This document shows, piece by piece, positions 12,111 to 25,800 of a stretch of DNA of 64,000 nt (the stretch's first letter is position 1; every line of letters starts with the position of its first letter). The notes under the pieces were generated by a model, which saw only the letters and a list, made by a program, of their open reading frames with translations, did not search any database and was not told the origin of the DNA. Source of the DNA: Octopus bimaculoides (taxonomy: Eukaryota); the NCBI RefSeq assembly GCF_001194135.2, contig NC_068982.1, positions 153,558,375 through 153,622,374 on the forward strand, read 5' to 3'. Position numbers and translations under genes: made by a program.

Positions 12111-13312
12111 TTCTAATGATCTCTGGATATGTTCAAAAGTCTAACATTTGCACCCACTCCTTACCTCCTTGCAGGCTGGCCCTTTCTCTTCTCTCTGGCC
12201 CCTGCTCCCACCATGCTCTATTACCCCTTTACAAGTTTCAACCTTTACATGTTTTGTATACTGTACTCCAACTGTTCGCTAAGACCTCGTTTCTTTAGTT
12301 TTGCGTTCCAGTTTAGATACTACCTTCTTTACACTGTAGTCTGGTATAACACTTTTTACTATTTTATTTTACAACTTATACACCAGCATTGGAATCCCCT
12401 TATGCCACAAAACTATCGATCATGCAACTGACAGAGAGATAATTATTCATGCCCTGTTCAATTATATATGGAATCGCATTCATTTAATCTTAATGTTAAT
12501 TGTATAATTAACATCATTATCATTCATCAATATTTTTACACGCATGCGCCTGGATGTGCGCGCGCGTGTGTAAGCATATACGAATGAATGTGGTGATATC
12601 TAAGGTATGTTTGTTCCCAACCAACAATTATTTTAGTGCTGTTAACACTGCCAGATTGAATAGTACTGCCCAGGTGTCGAAATCATAGTGATATCCGTGG
12701 GGCAGCTGATGATGGAGGTATGGTTGTTATTATATGTCCAGAATAGCATTTTAACACATTCATTGAGATATATATATATATAATTCCAAAAGAGTTAGAG
12801 GTTGATAATCGAACCAACTAAAGGTAATATCTATCCAATATACTGCTGGTAGAAAACCCACTCATTAATACACAAGTGTTTTTTTTTTTATTTGCATGGC
12901 AATTACACTACTGAATGTAATAAATGGGTGAGGGTAAAAAAGTTCTTTATCCTTAATTTATACAGCAATAAGAAAATGGAGGGGGATCAAGAGGTTGTAC
13001 TCATCAACTTTTAGACATTATATTATGACTATTTATTTATGTTTTACAAAAAACAATATAACAATATACATACATGTATAGCATAATATGCTTTACATAT
13101 ACAATATATAAAAATACCAGTAATAATTAAAATATATAACGTAGATCACGTGTATATGACTTAGAGGTTAAACAACCATCTAAGGGATAATAAATATCCA
13201 ATATACTACTGGATGTATACCTATGTATGTATATCCAAATATTTACGGTTGCAAGGCAATAGCGCAATTGAACAATAGGTATGAGTGGGGGTAAACAGAA
13301 ATTTATATATAT

Positions 13313-13490
13313 AGCTGAAATTTACAGAAAAACTAAAGACGAAAACAGCAAGAAAGTGTATTAGTTTAACGTTCAGGAAAATGAAAAGAGTCTTTTACGT
13401 TTCGAGACTTTACGTTACGCTCATCAACAAAAAGGAATAAGAGAAAATAAACGGGGAGAGAATGGAAAAACTTGTAGATTTCAACGGTCA
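13313..13490 (-). repeat. Hammerhead-bearing repeat, copy B
   Basis: Minus 13434-13391: CUUU-UUGUUGA-U-GAG(CGUAACGUAAAGU)CUC-GAAAC-GUA^AAAGA; downstream flank shared with copies D and E; ends at (TA)n. Confidence 0.8.
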
Positions 13491-14779
13491 CATATGTGTT
13501 GCGCGCGCGCGCGCGTTTAATTATATATATATATATATATTTATTATATACACACACATACATACATACAGATAGATAGATACATACTTACATACATACA
13601 TACATACATACATAATATATGAGTGCATGTATGTGCATTGTGCATGTGTGTAAGTATATGTTTATAAACCACGCGCACATATATATGTGTAATTACTAAT
13701 ACACATGTTAGTGGGAACGTGAGATGCAAACTTGCTCTTGGCATATAAGTATAAAGACTCAATATACAACTATACTTAGATATTTACGTGTGAAACGGTG
13801 ATATGATAGTATGTAAAAGGGCAATTAAATAATGACAAAACATTAGTTTTGTAAACCAGCATGAAGCAATGTCTTGAAACAATCGGCGCCTAAACGAATG
13901 ATTAATGTTTTGATGGAAATTCTGTTTCGTTTTGGTGCAGAATAATTGCAAGTAACTCTCAGTTAGGAACAGTGAATTATTGAGAATCCTTTTAAGCAAC
14001 ATGAAAAATAGAGGTGTCATTCTGTCAGCTCCAGTGGAAGTTTGAAGAATGGTCTCATAAAATTTCATGAAGTAGATATACATTTGTCATAATGTTATCA
14101 GTGTTAGACAATAAAACCACGGGAAATCATGGCTTACATTATTAAATAAATCAACTTTGGGCGTAACACCTATTCTTTACTAAGCAATTTATTCACATAT
14201 TTTTCTTTTCTAATGACATTTTCATATGCCTTTTCAGTAAGAATAACTAAAATGCCCCCACCAAAACCAAAATACAATACAGAACCGAGTGAAAGTTGCC
14301 GTAGATATTATTGATAGTAAGTGTCTTCCAATGTCTGTTTAACTGTTGGAAACCGCAACAGATTACTGATAGAAATTATGTTACTTATAACCAAGCTAGA
14401 ATATTTTATAACATATAATTTAATACATACTGAGATCTCATATTATGACAATATCAGTTATTGACATATTACATTCACTTAAAAGAAGTGGATATTATTG
14501 ACCATTAACTTAAAATTCTCTGTAGTTTAAGATGTATCAGCTATGATATTCATAATATATGTTCAAGATCATTTGTTTACTCTTATTTGGTGCCATAATT
14601 TACAGGTGTATCTATATATGAATACTACATTGATATTCTATGTGATCACCTGACTTGCAAAAGTAACAGTAAAAGATCTAAATCACCACTTCTTATGTTA
14701 AATAAGATTAAATAAAAAACACTAAATAATTTAGAATGAAATTCACAAAAAGAAGTGTTGCACACTGCTGGAATTCTTT

Positions 14780-15500
14780 CTTGTCAGAAGCCCGTCCGAT
14801 CTCATTTCAATCGAGGCCAATACAAACATGTTCAACAAGTCCTAATGAACTGCTGTCAAGAAAATGTAAATAGAACACTATAACGCTTACTGTTTTAATC
14901 ACTGATTCCAGTGAGAGGAATGCTGCCTTGATGGGGTACCACTGTCAAGATCTTGTTCAATCACATCGGTTGCAGCACTCATTCCACATTCATGCATATT
15001 TTATCGCTGTATATAGCCTATTATACACTTCGATGAAAGATTGAATTTTGCCACAGGAGCGTGTTAATGGTATAAAACGAAACCCTACCAAGAAAGAAGC
15101 GCTCATTGTTGAAGAGAAATAAGTCGGATAATATGGCAAGAGCGTAGAGATTGGGGCAAAGTGTTGGGTCTTTGGACTGAATGAGGGGAGGATTAACACA
15201 GTAGATGTTGTGAGTTACGGAAAGTGAGGGATGCGGGATAGACGTTTGTGAAAGTGGTGGTGTTCTTGAAGATGTGGTTTATTGATGGAAAGTGGTGGAA
15301 AGAGGGTAGAAAGTTGTGTATAGGAGGTGGAGTTGCAGTGTGCGGTGGCTGTTGAAAATGTCTGATGGAAAAGTGAAAGGATTTATGAGAAATAATGAAG
15401 GTGAGGGTTTGGGGGAGAAAAAACGTACAAATGGCAGATAAAATAGATAAATTCATGGTAATACTGAACTGGGAAAAGTGGTGTCGTAGATGGTGCATAT
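14780..15500 (-). mobile_element. Possible highly decayed Penelope-like RT-thumb/endonuclease linker
   Basis: C-rich minus strand; IHNFLPSFHHFPSINHIFKNTTTF..SLTFRNSQHLL loosely resembles the PLE linker. Weak motif support. Confidence 0.35.
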
Positions 15501-17884
15501 AAGAAGACAGGAGCTGAAGTGTATATTTTGACCAACTAGATTTCTAACACGCGCTCCAAGCGGAATAATATTCGCTAAAATTACAATATTTTAATACAAT
15601 ATTTCAGTTATCTTGTTACTAACTTGTGATTACATTTCTTTAAATAGTTGTACAAACTCTTTACACGTGGTCGAACTCCTTGATTAGGCAATAATTCTTA
15701 TAGCTTAAAGTCCTAAACAATGCTCTGCCATGACCACTAAACAATACTTCAAATGTCCAGTGAATTTAAAAGCCAATTCTAGAGCCAATCGTCATATTTA
15801 GTCTGTTTATTCTTAATGTAACAGGCCTAGAGAGATAAATCAACCTGGCAAGGTCTTTCCATATTTTCACAAATTCACTATTTCCCACGATCATGATTTC
15901 ACCTTTATATCATGTTTCAAAAGTAGTAGAATTTCCAAGAAGTTATTACTTGAAGGCACTAAAATTTTCTGGACTGGTAAATGAGGAAAGTAAAGCGAAA
16001 GGCAGAAAATCCAATGTTTTAGAGGAAAAACATACATATACATTATTTAGGAGGCATAGCGGGAGAAATTAAATTAACTATATTCAATCAGAAAGAGAAA
16101 CTTTATTAACTTATTTCTAGAGAGTGGAAATAACTTCCCACTTTTCTGAGCTTACCCTCGTTGTATAGTGAATCATTTGATTGTTAGTTTAATATATTAT
16201 TGAAAGCAAGCGTTCTATATTCTTATCCCATTAGGCAAATATTAAACGTGCAATAATACTGGTACAAAATTAAGCAAGAAATCCTATTATTTAGGCAACA
16301 ATAACTGTGAAATATATTTCTAACTTCTTATATGACATCTCAAATCAATAAATAACACAATATAATTCTAAAATGTCTAGAATATCATGATTTGTATTTA
16401 AATAAATTTACAAAGCGAAATGAAGTTCTTAATTTGGAAATTTTTGCTAATTGAAGGTGGAATACATTTATTTCAGAAGGGAAACAAAACGTATACATAT
16501 CTAGAAAAGTTGCAAAAATTTGACTCAAACAAGTAGATACGACTGTATGGGCGATACATTCCCTACTTTTAGGTCACTTTAAATAAAACCCTTGTTTCAA
16601 TCGCACTGTGTACAAACTTTATACTTTGAACGACCAATTTTAGATACTGTTGGATTTTACTCACAAGGTACTGGAATCTTATATGTATACCATTCTGCCT
16701 AAATAATGGATCTACAAATGCAATATCCCTGCATATCTCACATCTATTTTCATTCCTCCACTTCACTCTAAATTTCGTATCGAAACTAAATTAACTATTT
16801 TTTCACACGGTCTCCGATGAAGGCATATAATAAATATCCTAGAAATAGCTGTAAGACCTATTTATAAATGTTCTAAAATCTTCACAGCCTTGGTTTTTAT
16901 CTCATTCTGAAAAAAATGTTTTATATATACACAGGCTGAAATATGACCTACGTTGGATTCCTTATTCGCATAATCATCGAGCCTGGAGCTTAACTATTGT
17001 CTATCCATAGCACTTACTCACCTTTGAGTCTTACTGACACCATTACCTCTCATAACCTCTCATTATATATCCGTGAAAGAGGTTAGAATTTATCCGGTTG
17101 CATCTCGGTAACACGTGCTTATACAGAATAATATTCAGCACTGAATATATTCTAATTATTTATAATATAATATAGGATAAAATCTTTATAAGACTTTATG
17201 AACAGAAGTCATCGTGCTATGTTGGGTACATCGTGGTATGTTGATTTTTGTTGATTTTTTTATGTGTCTCGACCATACGCGTACTGATGAACAAAAGATG
17301 CAGCTTACTTCACAGTTTTGCTGTATTAATTGAGAAACCAGTGGTTTGCCGTTAAGTTAAATGTTTTTAGGAGATTAATTTTTGAAAGTTGCATTTCCCT
17401 CGCTTTCGGTAAATATGTTGCTTATTTTTTGGTAGATTTTGACTTATTTAGTCCCTCTAATCGTGAGGCATTACTATATAGTTAATGCCCTTATATAAAT
17501 TATATATATATATATAAACACACACATATAGGGTGGTGGAGGTGGTTGGTGAGTGTATGTGTTGTGTTTGTATATACATACATTTACATATTTTTCTGTA
17601 TACGTACATATATATTCGTCCAGTGCAATTTAGGCCTTAAATTGCGTTGACAAACAACCAGTATTTGGAATTCTATGTGTATTTCCGTTTTTGTATCGTG
17701 ATTTTGTCTCTTGTAATGAAATCCATGTTTGAATATAAAACAAAATGTATGTCGAAAATAAAACAACTCTTCAGAGACTGTTTACGAGTTAAAAAACTCT
17801 CATGTTTAGCTTTGTTTTAAATATATATTTCTATATACGTGTGTGTATGTTTGTGTGTGTCTTTGTCTCTGTAATATCTCCCAC

Positions 17885-17990
17885 ACTACCGCTCGGAGGT
17901 AAGAAGTTTACTTCCCAACCACATGGTTCGGGTGCAACCCCACCTTCTACTATAGCCACGGGATGACCAAAGTCGTGTGAGACGAACTAG
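17885..17990 (+). mobile_element. tRNA-derived SINE 5' fragment
   Basis: gtaagaagtttacttcccaaccacatggttcgggtgcaacccc is a tRNA-like head; related decayed pieces at ~9040 (-) and ~12600 (+). Confidence 0.45.
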
Positions 17991-18639
17991 GCGTGGTGGA
18001 AAAAAATGGTTGAGAGCCACTACTTCAGATAAGTCATAACTACAATGTCTGTAGTATTTGATAACTTTTACTGACAGTTTTAGCCACTGAAATGGATAAA
18101 GTTAAAAGTACATTCATTATAGATAAAGAAAATACTTTTATTTGAAGTGAACATAACTACATACACTAATACTTACAAATGTGACATTTTCTACACATAA
18201 AAGATGCATATGTATGCATTATACTATCCCATTTTTATCAACAAAGGCAAAAGTATACTGTTTTATTTATTTTTCAAATGTTATTGGTGTTTCGCTTAAA
18301 GGTGGTAGTAAGAAAACATTATTATAACAAAGACAGTGATTTAGTTTTATTTCTTCAAACTACAGTATATAAATAAATCTTCGAGATATAACAAGGTAAA
18401 ACATTGAGATACAGGCTTTCACTTTTCGTGATATTTATGACTCTCTTCGGGGAATAGGTGTGACATTTGTTTTGTTGCTTATCATGTATTAATATTTTAC
18501 TTTTTCATACTTGCAGATTTTATATCATTTTCCTTGTTTTTATATATTCTTGTTTCTTCTACCGTTTGCTAACATCACCCTTACGTCTTAAACGTTTCAA
18601 GGTGAGTAAATTTGTCTAGGTGTCTGACTCTTTCTCTTA

Positions 18640-19450
18640 ACAGGCACGATTATTTTATGTAGTTCTTATTTTAATGTAAGTTCTTGAGTTATGTTAAGTA
18701 TTCTCTCAATTCGTTCAAAGTCAAACAATGTTTCTTATCTAAGACTTGATCACAGATGCACAATGAACGTATAATTTCTTCAGTTCATTAATTTCTGTTA
18801 GACAACATGGCTAAGATCATATTAGGGCATACTAGAGCACAGTCTCCAGAGGTGACCGTTCTTTGTCATTTGTGCTTCTGTGCGTAATTTCCATGTGCTC
18901 GATTATTTTTCAGTTTTCCTAACATCTCTATTTGAAGAATCAACGAATTGATGGAGGCAACTATGTTTTGTTGTCGACATTTGTTGATGGTTGGTTTGTT
19001 ATTTAGAAAATACCTACATCTAAATAATGTTATTAATGTAAGAGGAAACTTTGGTTATGTTCCGTACACCTTATGCGAGTCACTTGTACATTTACAGGCC
19101 TTTTAAAATCGAAATTCAATTCTGTAGATTTTGTTATGAGTTATTCACAGGACGTGCCGTAATCCTTCTTCATATTTCATATTTCATTTCTGTTATCTCC
19201 TTTTTGCGTCGTTCGAAGCTTTAATAGGCGAAACTTCTGGCAATTTTTTTCAGAATACCCTTTACAAATCATTACATACTCCTTTCAAGTGGGTTTCATA
19301 GTATAGATACGTAGGGTATAGATAGGTATTCTTCGTAATTCAAGTATCTGCAATTACTAATTTATGTCTTCACATATGTTTTTGTGGACACTTAAGCAAT
19401 CATTATACTGTGGAGATAGTTACTGAGATGTTGGGAGCATTAAGTTGCGA
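18640..19450 (-). mobile_element. Possible highly decayed Penelope-like fragment
   Basis: Scattered peptides (EYLSIPY, KPTINKCRQQN, DCALVCPNMI) appear in the order expected for the PLE thumb-linker-Cys region; many stops. Confidence 0.3.
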
Positions 19451-20159
19451 ATGGCAATGTAAACTTTCTAAAATGAGATCTCGAAATTATGAAAATTATT
19501 ATAAGATCTCACATTGCAAATTTCACAGTACACAGGACTGAGACCAAGATAACCAGCAGTGGGGCCGGGTGCATCATTCAAGAGCTACAACAAAGAACAA
19601 TGTAAGGAAGCACAGTCTAACTAGCAGTATATTACAATATCCGTTACTCTGGTCGATAAAGTGATACGGTAATATACATATGAATATATATATTTGCGTA
19701 GTGTGCGTGTATGTGTGTATATTTAAATGTTTCTTTTATCGTTGTTCTACCATTGCCGTACAACTCCATAACTGAATCTCCTTTTTTCTTTCTCTTTTTC
19801 TTCCTATAGCATTCTCTCCTTAAAACTTTCCTTACTTTTTTATTGACATATTTTTGTTCATAGCATCACATATTTTTTTGCCTCTTCTCTGTATTCATCT
19901 TGGATAACACTGGTTTACAAGGTTTTTTGTGTTTGGGAAATAGACATCGTTCCTATACAAAATCTGTCTCCTGAATCCAAATATAACCTTCTTTTTGACC
20001 TGTCAGATCTAAATTTAAATTATTGAACTTCCCTATATTCACTATTTATGTCTGTACGTCCAGTACGCAGTGTTCGTTTACCTTATTCTAATTCTAAGTT
20101 TTTTTTTCCTGTTCCATACTATTTAGATGTGGATAACTAAGCAATAGAAAATGAGAAAG

Positions 20160-21650
20160 ATGTCCTCTTCAAGAAAGTGTTGCATTAATTCTCCAAATGT
20201 GTTTGGTTATGCGGAGAATACACATTAGCTGAAAATCGGAAAAAAACATCACTGATTTTGTTGAAAGAGCGTATATGGCATATTTTGGGGTCAAGCTGGG
20301 AGACCAAGATAAATATTGAGTACCGCATAGTGTCTGCAAACAATGTACAGAACATTTGCGACAATGGACTAAAGGGACAATGAAAAGTATGAGGATTGCT
20401 ATACCAATAGTATGGCGAGAGCCCTATAATTACGTGAATGACTGCTATTTTTGTAAGATAAACTTGAAGGGCATTAACTGAAAAATCAACAAACGTTTGT
20501 CTGTCCTTATCTTAGCTCTGCTATTAGGATGGTTACACACAGCGAAGAGCTTCACGTTGTTGTCTTTACTGTCTTGCTTCAAATAACTTTATCCTCAACC
20601 AAAGAAGACTCATCACCTGAAGATAACACTAAAAATCAGTTCAGAATTTACCTCAGCTATTCCCCCACGTAGAGCTGAATGATCTAGGTAGTGACTTGAA
20701 CCTAACAAAACATTCTCTTCTAGAGAATGGTGTCCGTATTACCTTTTATTGGAGTTAGCTTGAAGAGTTCCTTTCTTTCTTTACAAAAGAGGAAAAGCTG
20801 GTTTACTGCTAAGATGTCAGTGGGTTCTTAATAAACTTGGCATTGAAGAATATAAACCAGAGGGATGTCGTTCTTTCATAGACAGTTCTAAGCGTAGTTT
20901 ATAATGTGTATTGTTGCACAGCGGAAATATTTATGTCTCATTCGGCCACTTAACAACTCTGAAAGAAAAATATGAAGAAATTAAGTTTGGTTTTAGAGAA
21001 GATATTATATCATGATCATAAATGGGTCATCTGCATTGCCTTGTTGATGGTGAATCTTCTCATGGGACACCAATCTGGTTATACCAAATACCCATGCTTT
21101 CTTTGCATGTGGGACAGTAGAAACAGAGTTAACCACTATGTTAAGAAAGACTGGCCGACTCAAATAAATATGGCTCCATGTAAAGCTGCCAATATATTGG
21201 AAAAACCTTTAGTTCAGCGAGATAAGATCATTTTCTCCCCTTTGTACAAAAAACTCGGATTGATCAAGCAATTCGTCAAAGCTCTTGCCAAAAATGGGGA
21301 GTGTTTCAAATATATCTGCAGTGTATTTCCAGACTTGGCAATTGAAAAACTTAAAGCAGGGATATTTGATGGACCACAGACCCGTAAGCTCTTGAAGGAC
21401 ACAAATTCCGTGACAACAATGAGCTAAAATAAAGCATCAGCTTGGTTAGCCTTTGTAGAAGTAGTGCAAAATTTCCTTGGAAAACACAAAAATGAAAACT
21501 ATAAAGACATTTTTACCAACTTGATATCAACTTTTCGTGATATTGGTACGAATATGAGCTACAAAAGGCATTATGTTTTTAGTCATTTGATCGTTTTCCT
21601 GAAAATCTCAGAGATGTTAGCTATGAACAGGGCAAACAATTCCATCAGGA
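20160..21650 (+). mobile_element. Chapaev3-like (CMC superfamily) DNA transposase pseudogene
   Basis: Peptides: MSSSRKCCINSPNVFWLCGEY..ITDFVERAYMAYFGVKLGDQDKY*VPHSVCKQC..LRQW..IPIVWREPYNYVNDCYFC; GHQSGYTKYPCFLCMWDSR; KLGLIKQFVKAL; GIFDGPQTRKLL; EQGKQFHQ. Family name from recollection of these motifs. Confidence 0.82.
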
Positions 21651-21662
21651 GTATCGCGTTTT

Positions 21663-21750
21663 AAACACTAGCAATAGTCCATCATCATCATAGCGTTCCA
21701 GCGTCCTTGGTATCGAGTTTCCATCTCCTTGATGTCCTGATGGAATTGTT
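21663..21750 (-). mobile_element. Inverted C-terminal piece of the same transposase
   Basis: Minus strand reads EQFHQDIKEMETRYQGRWNAMMMMDYC*, the continuation of the plus-strand EQGKQFHQ. Confidence 0.85.
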
Positions 21751-21851
21751 CTATTATAGTTTTTCCCAGCACACACTGAAACGCACACGCACGCGCACAC
21801 ACACATATGGGAAAACTATCATATATATATGTATATATGTATATATATATA

Positions 21852-22577
21852 NNNNNNNNNNNNNNNNNNNNNNNNNNNNNNNNNNNNNNNNNNNNNNNNN
21901 NNNNNNNNNNNNNNNNNNNNNNNNNNNNNNNNNNNNNNNNNNNNNNNNNNNNNNNNNNNNNNNNNNNNNNNNNNNNNNNNNNNNNNNNNNNNNNNNNNNN
22001 NNNNNNNNNNNNNNNNNNNNNNNNNNNNNNNNNNNNNNNNNNNNNNNNNNNNNNNNNNNNNNNNNNNNNNNNNNNNNNNNNNNNNNNNNNNNNNNNNNNN
22101 NNNNNNNNNNNNNNNNNNNNNNNNNNNNNNNNNNNNNNNNNNNNNNNNNNNNNNNNNNNNNNNNNNNNNNNNNNNNNNNNNNNNNNNNNNNNNNNNNNNN
22201 NNNNNNNNNNNNNNNNNNNNNNNNNNNNNNNNNNNNNNNNNNNNNNNNNNNNNNNNNNNNNNNNNNNNNNNNNNNNNNNNNNNNNNNNNNNNNNNNNNNN
22301 NNNNNNNNNNNNNNNNNNNNNNNNNNNNNNNNNNNNNNNNNNNNNNNNNNNNNNNNNNNNNNNNNNNNNNNNNNNNNNNNNNNNNNNNNNNNNNNNNNNN
22401 NNNNNNNNNNNNNNNNNNNNNNNNNNNNNNNNNNNNNNNNNNNNNNNNNNNNNNNNNNNNNNNNNNNNNNNNNNNNNNNNNNNNNNNNNNNNNNNNNNNN
22501 NNNNNNNNNNNNNNNNNNNNNNNNNNNNNNNNNNNNNNNNNNNNNNNNNNNNNNNNNNNNNNNNNNNNNNNNNNNNN
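21852..22577. other. Assembly gap (N run)
   Basis: N bases flanked by (TA)n. Confidence 1.
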
Positions 22578-22900
22578 ATATAATACAAAATGGGACAAGA
22601 ATGTAAAACATCCAGACAGGTGATACAAGAAAGGGACAACAAAACATCCAGATAAACGATACAAAGAAAACAAGGACGGGTCATTCGGAGTTTTGTGCAT
22701 TTCACTGCAATCATACATTGATTGATGTGTCTACATATTTTATATGCTTAGTATTAATTGTTAGAATAATGAAAAAAAGAACCATGCTGTTTGAGATATT
22801 TGTTAAATTTTTGCATGCTTGTCGCCAATGGCTAGATAATGAAAATTCAGTGTACTCACGACAATGATACTCATTTGATAGTATTTACTCATTTTATCTG

Positions 22901-23283
22901 TGGAGGTGGAATGGCCCAGTGGTTAGGGCAGCGGATCATAGGATCGCGGTTTTGATTCCCAGACCGGGCGTTGTGAGTGTTTATTGAGCGAAAGCACCTA
23001 AAGCTCCACGAGGCTCCAGCAGGGGTGGTGGTGAACCCTGCTGTACTTCCACCACAACTTTCTCTCACTCTTACTTCCTGTTTCTTTTTTACCTGTAATT
23101 CAAAGGGTCAGCCTTGTCACACTCTATGTCACGCTGAATATCCCCGAGAACTACGTTAAGGGTACACGTGTCTGTGGAGTGCTCAGCCACTTTCACGTTA
23201 ATTTTACGGGCAGGCTGTTCCGTTGATCGGATCAACTGGAACCCTCGACGTCGTGAGCGACGGAGTGCCAACAACAACAACAA
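22901..23283 (+). mobile_element. Near full-length tRNA-derived SINE
   Basis: A box tggcccagtgg (22912-22922), degenerate B box ggttttgattccc, GC-rich body, (CAA)n tail ending at 23283. Confidence 0.88.
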
Positions 23284-24519
23284 AACTCATTTTATCTATC
23301 TTAAATTTAACACACTTTATGTATTGAAATCCTGTAAATTATTATTATATCCTGTAAATTATTCCTTCAAGACACTCGCATTTCTAGGTAGCTGTTATAT
23401 ATTTCCAAAACTGGATGTGTATTGGTACAATTGATTGCGAGCCTGACTGAGTGACAGAGGTATTAAATGCATTTGAAATGCAATGGATTCAAATTTGGTA
23501 TTCACTTTTCAGAGTCGATAAAATAATTATGCATCAATTATTATGGCTAATATACCAAACCACACCTTGCTCTTTTCTAATTATGTTACTTTGTGATTTT
23601 ATCAAAGATCTATTGCCAGTCCAGAAAGCATGGATCCAGTGTTATGTGGTGAAGACTGATGCTGTATTTGAGGCAGTAGTTTCTGTTTCTCTCCAATTTC
23701 AGTATATCAATGTAAACACAGATAGTGTGAGTAAACAATTATTCACACATTCAATACAGGACAAGCCACCATTGGATTGTTGAATCCTTCTAACAGATAC
23801 ATTGATTTCTTTTTCCTCAATCATGACTGAAATGTGTCTATAAGCATGACATTCCTATTGAACATTATAGAAAATATATTACGTGTATAAGATCCTGTTC
23901 CGATCGTTCACTTTCCATTATAATGCGTATTGATTTCGTTTACGTTATTTAATCCTGAATTCTTCTTCCCATGGAACAGGAAATTGAAAGAATTCAAAAT
24001 ATCAAAGAGACAATAAAATACTATTCTTTTCTGTGAGTCTTGACGGTTGATAAAGAAGAACATCGTTGTGCTTTCTGAAGTGATATCTTGTCCAGAAGCA
24101 ATTCGTATTAGACTCATCCGTATTACAATTTATCTCGATTTACTTTTAATAATGTATTTCTTTATTCATTAAACTTGCATGCATTATTGTTGCATGATCT
24201 TTAGTTATATTACCTTCTATATGTTGCTGTTATTTTAATAGGATATACATGTTCTCATGTTGTAGTGATTCATATATTAATATGTATTTGTTATGTTCAT
24301 GCAATATCCGTATATTTATGCTATTCCTTTGATGTTATTTATATTTTCTGACAGCCTATTTATGTTATATAAATATTATTTATAAGTTATGTTGTAATGT
24401 ACTCTTAATATTTATATGATAATATTATTGATGCGGTCTTCAAAATATATGTGTGTGTGTATGTATGTATGTATGTATGTATGTATGCATGCATGCATTA
24501 TGTATGTATGTGTGTAGTC

Positions 24520-25515
24520 TCTTCTATTTTTTTAATTATCATAAATCTTCCACCGAGGAGGGAGCCGATTTCCAACAAAGATACAAGGCTCCATCCTTGG
24601 GATGTAGTTAACACAGACAAATTCACAGATGGAACTTGAGAAAAGTCTTGCATATTTTTACTGTTTCACTCGCAGATTGCACTTGCAATGTAGCAATTAG
24701 CCGCTCGATTTCTCTTTCTGAAAATCCCAGTTTATCCAGATTCTCCAATTAATATTGGTATGAACATGAATTCATAGTCTGGATAGAGAAGCTGGAATTT
24801 TCGAAGTAGTTGTCCATAGATATCCTCTTTTCCTTTGATTTTCAAAGAAATATTTATATCTGCAGGGCAGCTAGCCTCTATGATGGTATGTATCTTTGCC
24901 CTGCCTCCATCCAAAACAACAATATCCGGCCTGTTATGCTTACATTTGACAGACGTTTTGATGGGAATATTCCACCAGTACTCCTTGAGTTGGTATTTTT
25001 GAATGTATTTCACAACAGAGGGATTTTCTAAGTATATTTCAGGACAGTCTTTTTTGCGGATGGCATTGTAAATTGTTTTAGCAACAACATCGTGCCGCAT
25101 TGTGATGAGATTTTAGGAATCTACTAATCACATGTGTAATGTCTTCCACAGAAGCATGACATAGCCTGCACATGCAGTTGCACATTGGGACTGGAAGAGC
25201 TTCACTGTCTCTCTTGTTCATCAGGTACTTTGTGGCACTCTCTTATTCCTGGATTGCAAACGCATAGCCTTCAAAGTGTAATGGGATGTAGTGGTCTTGT
25301 GTCCAAGAGAGGCTGCCCTTCATGTCAATTCGACTGTCTTCTTCAAGCTTCCGACCCATGCATGGTCTTTTTTTTTCTTTTTTGCATGTTGAATGCTTTC
25401 CATCGAGGTTTTCTCTGGGGTAAGAGAGCCCCGCTGTTTTGTGGCTGTATAGAAGATCATCAGGAAGTGTTTCTTCACGCGTACAATGTTGCTCACTTCA
25501 CTTATCAGCACTGCA
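24520..25515 (-). mobile_element. 5'-truncated R4/Dong-clade non-LTR retrotransposon (CCHC knuckle, RLE endonuclease, 3' UTR)
   Basis: Peptides: PMHG; ATKYLMNKRD; CRLCHASVEDITHVIS; MRHDVVAKTIY; KHNRPDIVV..IIEASCPAD..K..KEDIY (RHD / PD..E / K..KY pattern); terminal VKICKTFLKF. A short 3' UTR carries a ggagcc/ggctcc hairpin. Confidence 0.88.
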
Positions 25516-25643
25516 TTAATATATGTATGTATGTCATTGTTCAGTTTATTTCAAGATTGCTTGCCAATAGAGAAACAACCTGGCTCTGACCTAGATCCAA
25601 AGCTCCTTCATTGGAATTTCAACATCAGCAACAGGGTATTTTT

Positions 25644-25800
25644 GTATGTATGTATGTATGTATGTATGTATGTATATAAGTATGTATGTATGTATGTAAG
25701 TATTTATGTATGAATGTATGCATGTATGTATGTATGTATGTAAGTATTTATGTATGTATGTATGAATGTATGAATGTATGCATGTATGCACAGATTTGTA
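25644..25800. repeat. Imperfect (ATGT)n microsatellite array
   Basis: Seen directly. Confidence 0.95.

Noticed and set aside
15825-15976. 50-codon AG/GT-bounded open frame (PREINQPGKVFPYF...)
   Set aside because: No recognisable homology, phase does not join the next candidate exon, and such frames are expected by chance.
17745-17782. Minus-strand CUGAAGAG...CGACA
   Set aside because: GAAA is mutated and there is no helix I; at best an unrecognisable relic.
22901-22970. tRNA gene
   Set aside because: Only A/B boxes at the head of a SINE; no complete cloverleaf. No rRNA, tRNA or CRISPR array was found in the window.
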